Of a stretch of DNA of 64,000 bases, positions 1-10,912 are shown one piece after another. The notes under the pieces are model-generated. The model ran no database searches and was not told where the DNA came from. It was given only the letters and a program-made list of their open reading frames with translations. Positions within the stretch are counted from its first letter, which is position 1. Each line of letters starts with the position of its first letter. Source of the stretch: Heterodontus francisci (Eukaryota); assembly GCF_036365525.1 (NCBI RefSeq), contig NC_090405.1:55530308-55594307 (forward strand), written 5' to 3'. The position numbers and the translations under genes are program-made.

Positions 1-1105
1 AGCGCTCCCTCAGTACTCACCCTCCGACAGTGCAGCACTCCCTCAGTACTGACCTTCCGACGATGCGGCACTCCCTCAGTACTGACCCTCCGACAGTGCA
101 GCACTCCCTCAGTACTGATCCTCCTACAATGCAGCGCTCCCAAAGTACTCACCCTCCGACAGTGCAGCACTCCCTCAGTACTGACCTTCTGACGATGCGG
201 CACTCCCTCAGTACTGCCCCTCCGACAGTGCAGCACTCCCTCAGTACTGACCCTCTGATAGTGCAGCACTCCCTCAGTACTGACCCTCCGACAGTGCAGC
301 ACTCCCTCAGTACTGACCTTCCGACGATGCAGCGCTCCCTCAGTTCTGACCCTCCGACAGAGCAGCACTCCCTCAGTATGACCCTCTGACAGTGCAGCAC
401 TCCCTCAGTATGACCTTCTGACAGTGCAGCACTCCCTGAGTACTGACCCTCCGACAGTGCAGCACTCCCTCAGTACTGACCCTCCGACAATGCAGCACTC
501 CCTCAGTACTGACCCTCTGACAGAGCAGCACTCCCTCAGTACTGCCCCTCCGACAGTGCAGCACTCCCTCAGTACTGCCCCTCCGACAGTGCAGCACTCC
601 CTCAGTACTGCCCCTCCGACAGTGCAGCACTCCCTCAGTACTGCCCCTCCGACAGTGCAGCACTGCCTCAGTACTGCCCCTCCGACAGTGCGGCACTCCC
701 TCAGTACTGACCCTCAGACAGTGCAGCACTCCCTCAGTACTGCCCCTCCGACAGTGCGGCACTCCCTCAGTACTGACCCTCAGACAGTGCAGCACTCCCT
801 CAGTACTGCCCCTCCGACAGTGCAGCACTCCCTCAGTACTGCCCCTCCGACAGTGCAGCACTGCCTCAGTACTGCCCCTCCGACAGTGCGGCACTCCCTC
901 AGTACTGACCCTCAGACAGTGCGGCGCGCCCTTAGTACTGACCCTCTGACAGTGCAGAACTCCCTCAGTACTGATTCTCCGACAGTGCGGTGATCCCTCA
1001 GTACTGACCCTCCGACAGTGCGGCACTCCCTCAGTAAGAACCTCTGACAGTGCGGCACTCTGTTAGTACTGACCCTCCGACAGTGCAGCACTCCCTCAGT
1101 ACTGA
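1..1105 (+). repeat. 33-bp minisatellite (CTCCCTCAGTACTGACCCTCCGACAGTGCAGCA)n, runs off the window start
   Basis: About 33 tandem units; reverse complement of the array at 30842-32400. Confidence 0.95.
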
Positions 1106-1427
1106 ACTTCCGAGAGCAAAAGAACCTGTGCACAGATTGTGCCTGTTTCAGCCAAACAGAATAAGTGACAGCCATTCGCTGGTTCATTCCTCAGGGCAAT
1201 GCCTTGACCAATCAGAGTCAAGCTGCCTGGTTTAAATTTCAAACAAAGCTTGGCAGTTAACTGTCAGTAACCGTAAACTGGTACATTCTCCATGGCAACG
1301 CCTCTACCAATCAGATCAGCATTCTGTTCTGATACAGTATAAATTTGTTGCTTCCCCTGACATTGGTATTCTTGCGAAATGTCCTGATGAGTGCAAGCTT
1401 AGACAAAATGTCTCTATTCCAGCAATA
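1106..1427 (+). mobile_element. Probable Penelope-like retroelement 3' end with a degenerate hammerhead core
   Basis: CCAAT boxes and TATAAAT, then GTC-CTGATGA-GTGCAAG at ~1381-1397 with no following GAAA; family assignment is from memory of shark repeats. Confidence 0.45.
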
Positions 1428-2975
1428 AACAGCATCCCCTTTCTGTATGAGGTTAGATCCTGTGGAAAATGCAGTCTCCTGCTCCAGACAGAAGAGACAT
1501 TGTAATATCTGTTATTACTGATGGGACAATGTCATAAAATATCAGCAAAGACCCCTCCATGTGTTAAAGTCACAGTCCTTGAAATAACACCCTGTGATAT
1601 TACAGCACCAACGCTTAACCTGCTGAATTTATCACGTCTTTATCTGTTTTAATTTTTTATGTATTGACACAGTTTGCTGGTGATGACACACTTCCAGCCA
1701 ATCAAACACAATTTCTTTAGAAAGGTTCCAGATTCCCCAGTGAGAAAATGCCCGGGCACACGAAACGCTCAGACACACAGATCACAGGTTCCAGTTGTGC
1801 TAGGACTGTGCTGCATTTGCTAATCTCAGCTGCGGTAGTTAGGTGGCCGATGGCTTGGAGGGGGGGGGGGGGGGGGAGGTGGCAGTGCAGTGGGCAGGGG
1901 AATTTATTAACTTCAGTTCCATTAAGCCAGGCAGAGGCTTGGGGGAAAAAATCTCAGACACAATTCCTGTTCCTTGTGACTGCAGCCGAAAAGTGCATTT
2001 CCCCGTGGAGATTGAGGACAGGTTGGACTTCCTGTGAACTGTCGACACTCACTGTCCTTGGCTCACACTGAATAGTGGCCCGTGTATGATGTACCACAGG
2101 GCAGTTGGCGTCTATGAAACTGAGGCCCAGCAAGGGCAGCACCTTGGGAGAGGACAGGAATTTTGGGGGAAGAAACACTCAAGTTTACTTTTCTCGCCTT
2201 GCAAGTCTGTGTTTGAGTGTTTTTTTTTGTGTGGCTTGGTCATAATGAAGGTTAAAACATTTCCCTGAAGTGCAGGCTTCAGGGTGGACACAGGATGAAA
2301 CTGTTCAAAGTAAACCCTGCTGAAGAGCAACATCCAAGTCACACATCCCAAAGATAAATCTTTAAAAAATGGCAAAGTGAAACAGTGGAACGAGGACAAA
2401 ATGCTTTATCTTGTGTTCAAACTGAAGCGAAGCTCGGGTAGCAGCACCCTATCCACACATCAACCAGTCACAAGTATCTTCAGCAAGTGCCCTCAATTTC
2501 CAGGCGCGTGTCAGCAGAACCCCTTCAAGAATCTGGCTGTGATGCTGCTGGTTACAAACTGCAACTGACCATTTAATGTGAAGAGTTGTAGTCCAAGCCG
2601 TGGTAAATGGTGAATATACTGCAAGGTGCTGATGTGAAATCTACATGCAGTGGGCTGAGAAGGCAGCAGTCAGTGCTGTAACATCTACTGCCTTTGTGCC
2701 TTAACAACAACCTTGGTCTCAAAGCAGGTCAAAGTGCTCGAAAGAACTGTCAACTGAGTACCAAGTGGCACCTACTCACCAAGAATCTGCTCACCTGATG
2801 CTCAGCTTGGGATTCATCAGGATCACTCAATTCCAGACATCCATACAGCCTTGATTCAAAAAATGTACACAAAAGCTGAATTGCAGACGTGAGGTGAGAA
2901 TGACTGCCCCAACAAGGCAGCATTTGACCAAGTGTGGCATCAAGTTAATGGAGATTAAGTGGGAAACTCTACAGT

Positions 2976-3461
2976 GCCTGGAGATCCTGAGGGGTCTTAA
3001 CAGGGTGGATGTGGAAAGGATGTTTCCTCTTGTGAGAGAATCTAGAACCAGGGGACACTGTTTAAAAATAAGGGGTCGCCCATTTAAGACAGAGATGAGG
3101 AGAGCTTTTTTCTCTCAGAGGGTTGTGAGTCTTTGGAATTCTCTTCCTCAAAAGGCAGTGGAAACAGAGTCTTTGAATATTTTTAAGGCAGAGGTAGATA
3201 GATTCTTCATAAGCAAGGGGGTGAAAGGTTATAAATAAAAACAAGAAATACTGGAAATATTCAGCAGGTCTGGCAGCATCTGTGGAGAGAGAAGCAGAGT
3301 TAACGTTTCAGGTCAGTGACCCTTCTTCAGAAGGGGTGGAAGATCATTGGGGGTAACCGGGAATGTGGAGTTGAGGTCACAATCAGATCAGCCATGATCT
3401 TATTGAATGGTGGAGCAGGCTCAAGGAGCCGACTCCTGCTCCTAATTCATATGTTCGTATG
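2976..3461 (+). mobile_element. CR1 LINE 3' fragment, itself interrupted at ~3233-3332
   Basis: MFPLVRESRTRGHCLKIRGRPFKTEMRRAFFSQRVVSLWNSLP plus CR1 3'UTR (GATCAGCCATGATC...CTCCTGCTCCT). Confidence 0.9.
3298..3332 (-). ncRNA. Minimal hammerhead ribozyme motif in a Penelope-type repeat fragment (3233-3332)
   Basis: Minus strand UU-CUGAAGA-AGG(GUCACUGA)CCU-GAAA-CG-UU-AACU: intact core boxes, palindromic ACGU stem III, stem I only 2 bp. Confidence 0.6.
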
Positions 3462-5224
3462 TCCATACCTAGGACAAAGGAAGATGGTTGTGGTTGTTGG
3501 AGGTCAATCTTCTGAGCCCCAAGACATCACTTCAGGAGTTCCTCAGGACAATAACCTGGGCCCAACCATCTTCAGCTGCTCCATCAACGACCTTCACTCC
3601 ATCATAAGGCCAGAACATTGCAAAGTGTTCAACCCCATTTGCAATTCCTCAGATAAAGAAACTGTCCAGACCCGCAACATTCAGACTTGGGCTGACAAGT
3701 GGCAAGTAACTTCCATATCACACAAGTGACCAACTCCAACAAGAGAGAATCTAATCACCTCCCCTTGACACTCAATGGCATGACCATCGCTGAATCCCCC
3801 ACCATCAGCATCCTGGGTCACCATTGGCCAGAAACTCAATTGGAGCAGCCACATAAATACTGTGGTTACCAGAGTAGGTCAGAGGCTGGGAATTCTGTGG
3901 TGAGAGGTTCATCCCCTGACTCCCAAAAGCCTCTCCTCAACCTGCAAGGCTCAAGTCAGGAGTGTGATGGAATACTCTCCACCTTCCTGGATGAGTGCAG
4001 CTCCAACAACACTCAAGAAACTCAACACTATCCAGGACAAAGCAACCTGCTTCATCGGCACCCTATCCACCACCTTCAACATTCACTCCCTCCACCATAG
4101 GCACACCATGGCCACAAGATGCACTGCAGCAACTTGGCAAGTCTCCATCAACATCACCTACCAAATCCGTGACCTCTAGCACCTAGATAGACAAGGGCAG
4201 CAAGTGCATCTGCAAGGGTGCACCTGCAAGTTCCCCTCCAAGTCACACACCAACTGACTTGGAACTATATCACCGTTCCTTCATCGCTGCTGTGTCAAAA
4301 TTCTAGAAGTTCCTACCTAACAGCACTGTGGGAATCATTTCACCAAACGGACTGCAGCAATTCAAGAAGAAAGCCCAATATCATCTTTTCAAGTGCACCT
4401 AGGGATGGGCAGTAAATACCAACCTTGCCATCGACATCCATATACTGAGAGTGAATTTTAAAAAAGGAAGTGTGACACTAACTCATCCTCTCCTGGCAGG
4501 TAAGTCCCCAACAATGTAAGATGAACACATCAGTTGCAATTTAATTCAGTGCAGCTGATGGAAGAGGTGCTGGTTCCATTCAGAAACAATTACAGTCTGG
4601 ATACGGCACTGCTGTCATTCTACAATCATTGTACAAAGCAGAAGATAGTGTAATTATCCTTAGTTCTTAGGACGAACACAGCTCTATTTGTCCCTTCTTT
4701 TATTCAGATGTGTTCAGGGTTGAGTGCGGGTGAAAGGGTGTAAACTGCTCCTAGATACCAGTGCAGGTGACTGTGGGCAAAGTGCTTTAAATCCTTGTCA
4801 GAGCCCCTCTGACCAGGCAGCTGGAGTGTCCGGGAAAGCAGCCCAGTGACAAGTTCTTGAACCTTCATTGTGCTGTTCAACCCTTGTTAAATGGGGAGCT
4901 GTTGGTATAGCTCAAGTGAGGATGAAGACACTTCATATGCAAAGTGAAAAATTAAATGTTCTCTCCCCCTATAAAAAAGATAAATAAATCTGATCGTCTT
5001 TCCGTTTTATCTTCTCTAGGGATGTGTTGGGAAGAGCTGGGACTCCGTCCCCATCTTGCATGGCTGGCGGCAGCTGTGCAACCATTTCTTTGTTATGTCA
5101 CACTCAACTGACCAATGGCTCACTGGGGTGTGACTGAGCCATAAAATGCAGACAGGTGCCAATTTCAAGTTTGCTGCCCTCTGCTGGAACCTCCTCTTCC
5201 TGATCACCATCCTGGGACTGCAAA

Positions 5225-5402
5225 GTCAGAAACAAAATACTGTGATGCTGGAAATCTAAAATACAAACAGAAAATGCTGGAAATACTCAGCAGGTCTGGC
5301 AGCATCTGGTGGAGAGAGAAACAGTTTAAGGTTTCAGGACAATGACCTCCCATTGTTCCATCAGACCGATGTTCTGCTGAAAGGTCATCTACCTAAAATA
5401 TT
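5225..5402. mobile_element. Penelope-type repeat fragment with head-to-head degenerate hammerhead halves
   Basis: Minus copy of the 3233/8093 family followed by plus-strand GTT-CTGCTGA-AAGGTCATCTACCT-AAAA. Confidence 0.55.
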
Positions 5403-5760
5403 GGGCTGAATTTTCCAGTGGGCGTCAGGACCCTGACCTCGGGACCACACGGGGATCCTGAGCCCACGCAAGCTGTCAGGGCAGCCGCTGGTGCAACCTT
5501 CCAGGAGGCAGCCTCCTAACTGGCTGCCTCAGTGTTCGCCATTCTATTACCGATGGCAGGTGGGTTCGTGAGGCGGGAGGCCCAATGAAAGGGCCTACAG
5601 AAGAGTATAGCCAGTAGCTCCATTGTGAGAGGTAGGTACTGCCGAGGCAGAAAGTGATCGCAAGGGCATCTCAACATGCAGGTGCTCTCAGAAACCTTCT
5701 ACAAATTTGAGAATGAAGAGGCCCACATCTGGTGGTGCCATTTGTGTAGAGGGCAAACCC
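5403..5760. mobile_element. MITE-like element, left part (right end unclear)
   Basis: Starts GGGCTGAATTT, the exact reverse complement of the AAATTCAGCCC end at 54020-54030. Confidence 0.45.
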
Positions 5761-6403
5761 CTCCACAGGATTGGTTTTGGCTCACTTTGGTTGACCCTCA
5801 CTGGCTAGGTCCACAGGTTGTCAATTGGGTGAGGTAATGGCAGGCATCTGGTGTTCATGGACCTGTATCCTAGCCAGGAGTCCACACTTTGAGAAGGGAA
5901 GGGCAGGAATTTGCAAAGAATATGCCTTCAAAGAATATAGACAACACATTTTGAATAAACTTTGTGTGCATTTATTCATTGCAGATATAAGCAGCTCTTG
6001 GTTAAGTAGGAGCTGCTAGTATAGCTTAAGTGGGGATGAAGACACTTCACATGCAAAGTGAAAAATTAAAGTTCTATCCTCCTCCATTTTGTCTTTTCTA
6101 GGAATGTGTCGAGTTATTCATCCTTTGAGTTTTCTCCTCTTCCCTCTGGGGAAGTGGTTTCACTTTGACCGGTACACTGTGTTGGCTCAGTTGTACTCAG
6201 GACCACGTAGGTAGCTGCAGAGAGAGAGACAAGTGATGCCATGGGGAATTAAATTTGGAACCACTGACCTGACTCGCAAAACTGATACTAACTGAAGGCC
6301 CAAAGAGATCAAAGGGTTAAATGGCAGGAAACAGCAAATGATGAGCAAGTGATAAACTACCAACAAGCACAGAACCAGAATGAACAAGGCTGAGTGCAGT
6401 TAC

Positions 6404-6436
6404 CTTGGTCATTCGCCATTTTGTCTGATGACTCAG
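6404..6436 (-). CDS. NEO1: NEO1 exon ~21, 33-nt symmetric mini-exon
   Basis: ctgttag|CT GAG TCA TCA GAC AAA ATG GCG AAT GAC CAA G|gtaact = AESSDKMANDQ (human ADSSDKMPNDQ). Confidence 0.92.
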
Positions 6437-7234
6437 CTAACAGATCAGGGATACAAGAGAGAACATCAAAAGCAGTTCAATCCAACAAGAGAAAGATGAG
6501 GTTAATCAAAAGTTGCACCAGTCACAAACACATCAAAGCAGCAAAACACATGGACGGTCATTGGCTGAGCCACAGGGAAGTTCGGCCACATGCACAGCTG
6601 CAGGCACTGGTGGGCAGTTTCAATTCCATTTCAAAATGACAACACACACACAAACACACACACACACACAGACACACACAGTGATGATCACTAAAGCTCT
6701 CGCCCAGCTCCTCTCTGTATAAATGAAAGGTGGAGTAAGTGATTACCACCGACCCTCTAACCCACCTCAACCCAGTGAAATTTAGTCACAACAAAAATGA
6801 TAGAGATTTGATCGAGACAAGTATTAAACATTGCGAGGCAACTCATTATTTGCAGCCACCCACCCCACTGGAAACTGCAAGCTACAGAATTCTTGTGGAC
6901 ACATAACAGAAGCTGCTGGAGTATTTATAACACAGATTGCACTGTTCCATTTTCAAGGTGGAATATAAATTTAAAAGCCTTTTCCATAAATAACACAGTG
7001 GGTCTCTAATCTCACGCCACTTTGATACACAAAGTTTTGATGACTAAACACCTTGACATGGTCGACATAGTTTAGGGAAAAAAGATGTTCTACTGATAAG
7101 CATTTGTGCTTTTAACAAATTATTTCTCTCCATCCTGGGATATCTACATTTCCCCCGTGCTCTCAAGCCCCTTTACAACACTGCCCTACTCCTCCAATGT
7201 TAAATGTGCACCATAGGCAGTAGCCTGAGGACAC

Positions 7235-7435
7235 TGGCCACACTGGAGGCATAGCTGCACTGGGCACTGGCTGTGCTGGATGCTGGCCACACTGGAGGCA
7301 TGGCCACACTGGAGGCATGGCCACACTGGAGGCATGGCCACACAGGGGGCATGGCCACACAGGGGGCATGGCCACACTGGAGGCATGGCCACACTGGAGG
7401 CATGGCCACACTGGGGGCATGGCCACACTGGAGGC
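7235..7435 (+). repeat. 17-bp minisatellite (GGCCACACTGGAGGCAT)n
   Basis: About 10 units. Confidence 0.92.
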
Positions 7436-7840
7436 TGGCTGCAGGCCGCACTGTTCACAAACGCACTGCACTTCCCACACTCCTGTTCTAATTCTAGTAG
7501 TGGTGAGGAGAGCTGGCTATGAAGTCAGTACAGAAGCAGGAATAATGTAATAATAATATGCCACCTTTAAAGAGTCTGGGTTGGGAGGGGCATGGGTTGA
7601 AGGAATTCATCTCCTGCTTCTCAGGGTCCAGCTGTTTAGGCAGTGCAGAGTAGGTAAGGGGGAAATGGCAGGAATCAGAGTTACAGCAAACCTAAAACTC
7701 TTCCAGAATTTTACAGAGATAGGTTCTCCTTGAAGTTACTGAATCACTTTGTATCTCTAGGAGAATGCAGCCTCTCTTACTCACTGCAGGATGAACAGTG
7801 GAACCTCACTCCTGATATAAAAACTCAGATAAAAACTTAC

Positions 7841-8035
7841 CTTTGGGTGTGCGAAACTGGACAAACTCAGACAACGGTCCCATGCCTTTGGAATTACGGG
7901 CCTGGATTTTGAAGTAGTAAGTGGTGTCAAGCGTGAGATCTTGGATCTGGTGGGTCAGTCTGTCTCCAACCACTGGCTCAATCACCCAGTCATGGATCTC
8001 TGCATTGATGTCTGTGCTGTAATATATGATGTATC
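7841..8035 (-). CDS. NEO1: NEO1 exon ~20 (195 nt), FN6
   Basis: atccag|GA TAC ATC...CCC AAA G|gtaagt; [65 protein letters not shown]. Confidence 0.96.
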
Positions 8036-8092
8036 CTGGATCCAGAAAGGGAGGGGGAAAACACACAGAGACATGAAATAAACTTTATAAGC

Positions 8093-8227
8093 TTCTGAAG
8101 AAGGGTCACTGATCTAAAACGTTAACTCTGCTTCTCTCTCCACAGATGCTGCCAGACCTGCTCAGTATTTCCAGCATTTCTTGTTTTTATTTCAGATTTT
8201 CAGCATCTGCAGTATTTTGCTTTTACT
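8093..8227 (+). mobile_element. Penelope-type repeat fragment with a mutated hammerhead (GAAA to AAAA)
   Basis: TT-CTGAAGA-AGGGTCACTGATCT-AAAA-CGTTAACTCTG...CACAGATGCTGCCAGACCTG; further degenerate copies at ~17210-17280, ~24435-24520 and ~32810-32860. Confidence 0.65.
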
Positions 8228-8609
8228 TATAAACTTCATTCTCTCTGCCAACAAACTGTCTCCCTCATACACCCAAGGGATAATCCATAATACTGATGGA
8301 TATGGCCTATTCCTGCTCATATCCTATGTTTCTATGAGCTGAACACCAAGCACCTTCTTCACTCATATCTATTACTTTGCACTCCACCTATTTAACCTTG
8401 TTCTCCTGCTGTAGATTCTTTCCTGTTTATATTGTGGAGCAGATGCAATGACAAACAGTCAATAAAAGTACAAGTATGAGACTGACATCCAGTCTTGGAC
8501 GAGCTGTGACTTCCTTAGCTAAACATGGAGCCATCACCTTCTGTCTCCTCCATACACTCCATTCCCTCACCACCCATTCCATCACATTCCTTGACCACTG
8601 TTGCAGGCT

Positions 8610-9270
8610 GAATCAAACTACTTGCAGTTCTATATGATCCTGCACTGTGCTTCCAACCCCAGATCCCCTCTGTCATAAAGACCATCTACCTCCACCTCCT
8701 TAATGTCATCTGGCTTCACCCCTACCTCAGTCCATCAGCTGCTAAAACCTCATCAATGTCACCTCCAGACTTGACTATTCCAATGCTCTCCTGGCCAGCC
8801 TCCCATCTTCCACACTGCATAAACCAGTGTATCTAAAGCTCTGCTGGCTGTATGCTAACCTGTACCACTGTTCACCGCCCCTGTATTTGCTGCCCTACAT
8901 TGGCTCACAGTCCAGCAATGCTTCAAAATCAAAAATTCTCATTCTTGTATTTAAATCATTTCATAGTCTCGCATCTCCCCCAGCCCTATAAACCTCCCTG
9001 AACTCTCCAAGCATCAACTCTAGCCTCCTGTACACGGTGGCCTCTTCCACTCCCATCTCTCCACCATTGGCACAGGTACTTTCAGCTGCCTAGGCCCCAC
9101 ACTCTGGAATTCCCAACCTAAACTCTTCCATCTCCCTCTTCTTCTTAAAATCCACCACTTGAACCCAGCTTTTGGTTGCCTCTCCTTTGGCACAGCATTC
9201 ATTTCTTTGCCAATGTGAAACGCCGGCAATGTTTTATTTCTACGTAAAAGGCAATATATAAATGCAGCTG
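8610..9270 (+). mobile_element. Old L2 LINE 3' fragment
   Basis: ACCTCCAGACTTGACTATTCCAATGCTCTCCTGG (TSRLDYSNALL-like), CTACATTGGCTC, tail TATATAAATGCA. Confidence 0.7.
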
Positions 9271-9658
9271 ACATTTCAAAATGGAAATAGGAGAGTGTGC
9301 AGCATTGTTAACACAGAGTCAGATCTGTGACATTACCAGTTGGGAAGACTTATCAGAATCAAGGCTCTACAAGCCAGTGATAAGAGAGGTGCTGTCGGGG
9401 AAAGGCTGAGGCCTCAAACTGCCTGACTCAGCCTACAAACTCCCAATAGCCACAATTTCACAGTAATCGGAGACAATGGGTGTCTCAACCTGCCACTACT
9501 TTCTTTTTAATTGGTCCCTGCGGACAAGTGTTTGCCATTAGGGGCACCTCTATGAGGTAAGACTAAGCATCAGATTAGCCCCTCCCCATGGTGCCTCTGC
9601 CCCCAGTGCTCACACAGGCTCCCTGGTCTAGGGTGGGGGGTGATGCAAGCCTCTATAC

Positions 9659-9766
9659 CTGTTATTTTTCCATTAGCCTCTGATGGCGGTTGCCAGTTCA
9701 CAATAATGGTCCTTGGTTTTCCTTCCTTGCTCACCACTGTTAGATCCTTGGGAGGAGACGTCGGCA
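9659..9766 (-). CDS. NEO1: NEO1 exon ~19 (108 nt), FN6 start
   Basis: ttgcag|TG CCG...ATA ACA G|gtatag; [36 protein letters not shown]. Confidence 0.96.
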
Positions 9767-9803
9767 CTGCAAGTAAGCCAGAGAAATTCAAATTAGTATC
9801 TGA

Positions 9804-10120
9804 GGGGTGCGTTAGCATAGTGGTTATGTTACTGGAGTAATAATTCAGAGAACAAGAATTCAAATCCCATCTTAATAGTGTGAGAATTTGAAATCAGTTT
9901 TAGAAAACCTGGTAAAAGTCGCTATGAATCTGTCAGATTGGCACTTGGATCACTAATGGAAACTTGCTGTCCTTACCCATCTGGTCCTATATGTGACTCT
10001 AACCCCACACCAATGTGGCTGACTCGTCACTGCCTTCTTAACAAGCCATCCAGTTGCATCCAGGGACAGGCAATAAATGCCAGCAAAACCCACAGCCCCA
10101 CAATTAATTTTGAAAAAGAA
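9804..10120 (+). mobile_element. SINE: tRNA-derived head plus tail of the 25864 LINE family
   Basis: TAGCATAGTGG A-box, TTCAAATCCC B-box, GCTGTCCTTACC...ATGTGACTC body, GGCAATAAATGCCAGC tail. Confidence 0.7.
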
Positions 10121-10649
10121 ACCTGGAGATTTACTGGTTCTGTTATATTGACTGAGGCTAAGAGAGCCTCTGTCATTCAATATGTGGTCACTCCTGCCTG
10201 GACACATCACTAATCATAAGGCATCTTTTATTCGATGTGATACATAACAAAATGTGATACAACAAGCCAGCATCTTCAAGGGTCTTTCTTCATCTGTGAG
10301 CCTGGAGATGGAGCCTCTGCAGATTATTCGATTGTGGGAGTCGTCACACTTTCCAGCAGGGGTCACCGGTTACTAATCAGGAGCAGGAACACCGGCCGAA
10401 TAACGTAGGGGTGCTGAGGCCAACTATGGTGGCTGTGATTGAGATCAGGTGGCTCAGCATAAATCCAGGATTCAGCCTGGCCCTAACATGCTCTGCCTAG
10501 CACAGCACAACACTGTCCTTACACACTGAGGCATGGCAGCATATTCACAAACTGCCCCATGGCCCAGCTGGGGAAGGTAATAAAGAATTGGAATTTTATT
10601 CCTTGATTCATTCATTTCGTTTTTAATCTTAGAACCTACAAAGCCGTAC

Positions 10650-10788
10650 CTGTTTCAAATGTAGTTCCGTGTGCGGTCATGCTCCAGGTACTTGACCTCC
10701 GACCTTTTGTCACCTTCACAGAAAACTCGTAGAGTGTGTTTGGTTTCAACCCTGAGACGATATAACTCAATGTGGTGGTGTCTGCAGT
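10650..10788 (-). CDS. NEO1: NEO1 exon ~18 (139 nt), FN5 end
   Basis: ctctcag|ACT GCA GAC...GAA ACA G|gtacgg; [46 protein letters not shown]. Confidence 0.95.
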
Positions 10789-10912
10789 CTGAGAGAGAAT
10801 CAAATTTACATCACATCAGTGTCAGCCATTGACAGCACATAGAGTTACAGTCATCCATCATTCACTGACCCCACCATACACCAGGGCAACACCTCTCCCC
10901 TGTCCAATAAGT

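Larger units (their letters stand above)
2790..4465 (+). mobile_element. Degenerate L2/CR1-group LINE (same family as 25864-27710), interrupted at ~2976-3461 by a CR1 3' fragment
   Basis: RKMVVVVGGQSSEPQDITSGVPQ, MEYSPPSWMSAAPTTLKKL; tail GGGATGGGCAGTAAAT. Confidence 0.85.

Noticed and set aside
1748-2071. Short + strand ORFs with poly-Gly
   Set aside because: Caused by a poly-G run near 1860; no recognisable homology.
1430-6400. Next NEO1 exons (juxtamembrane ~69 nt and transmembrane)
   Set aside because: No convincing match found; probably beyond the window start, though a diverged short exon could have been missed.
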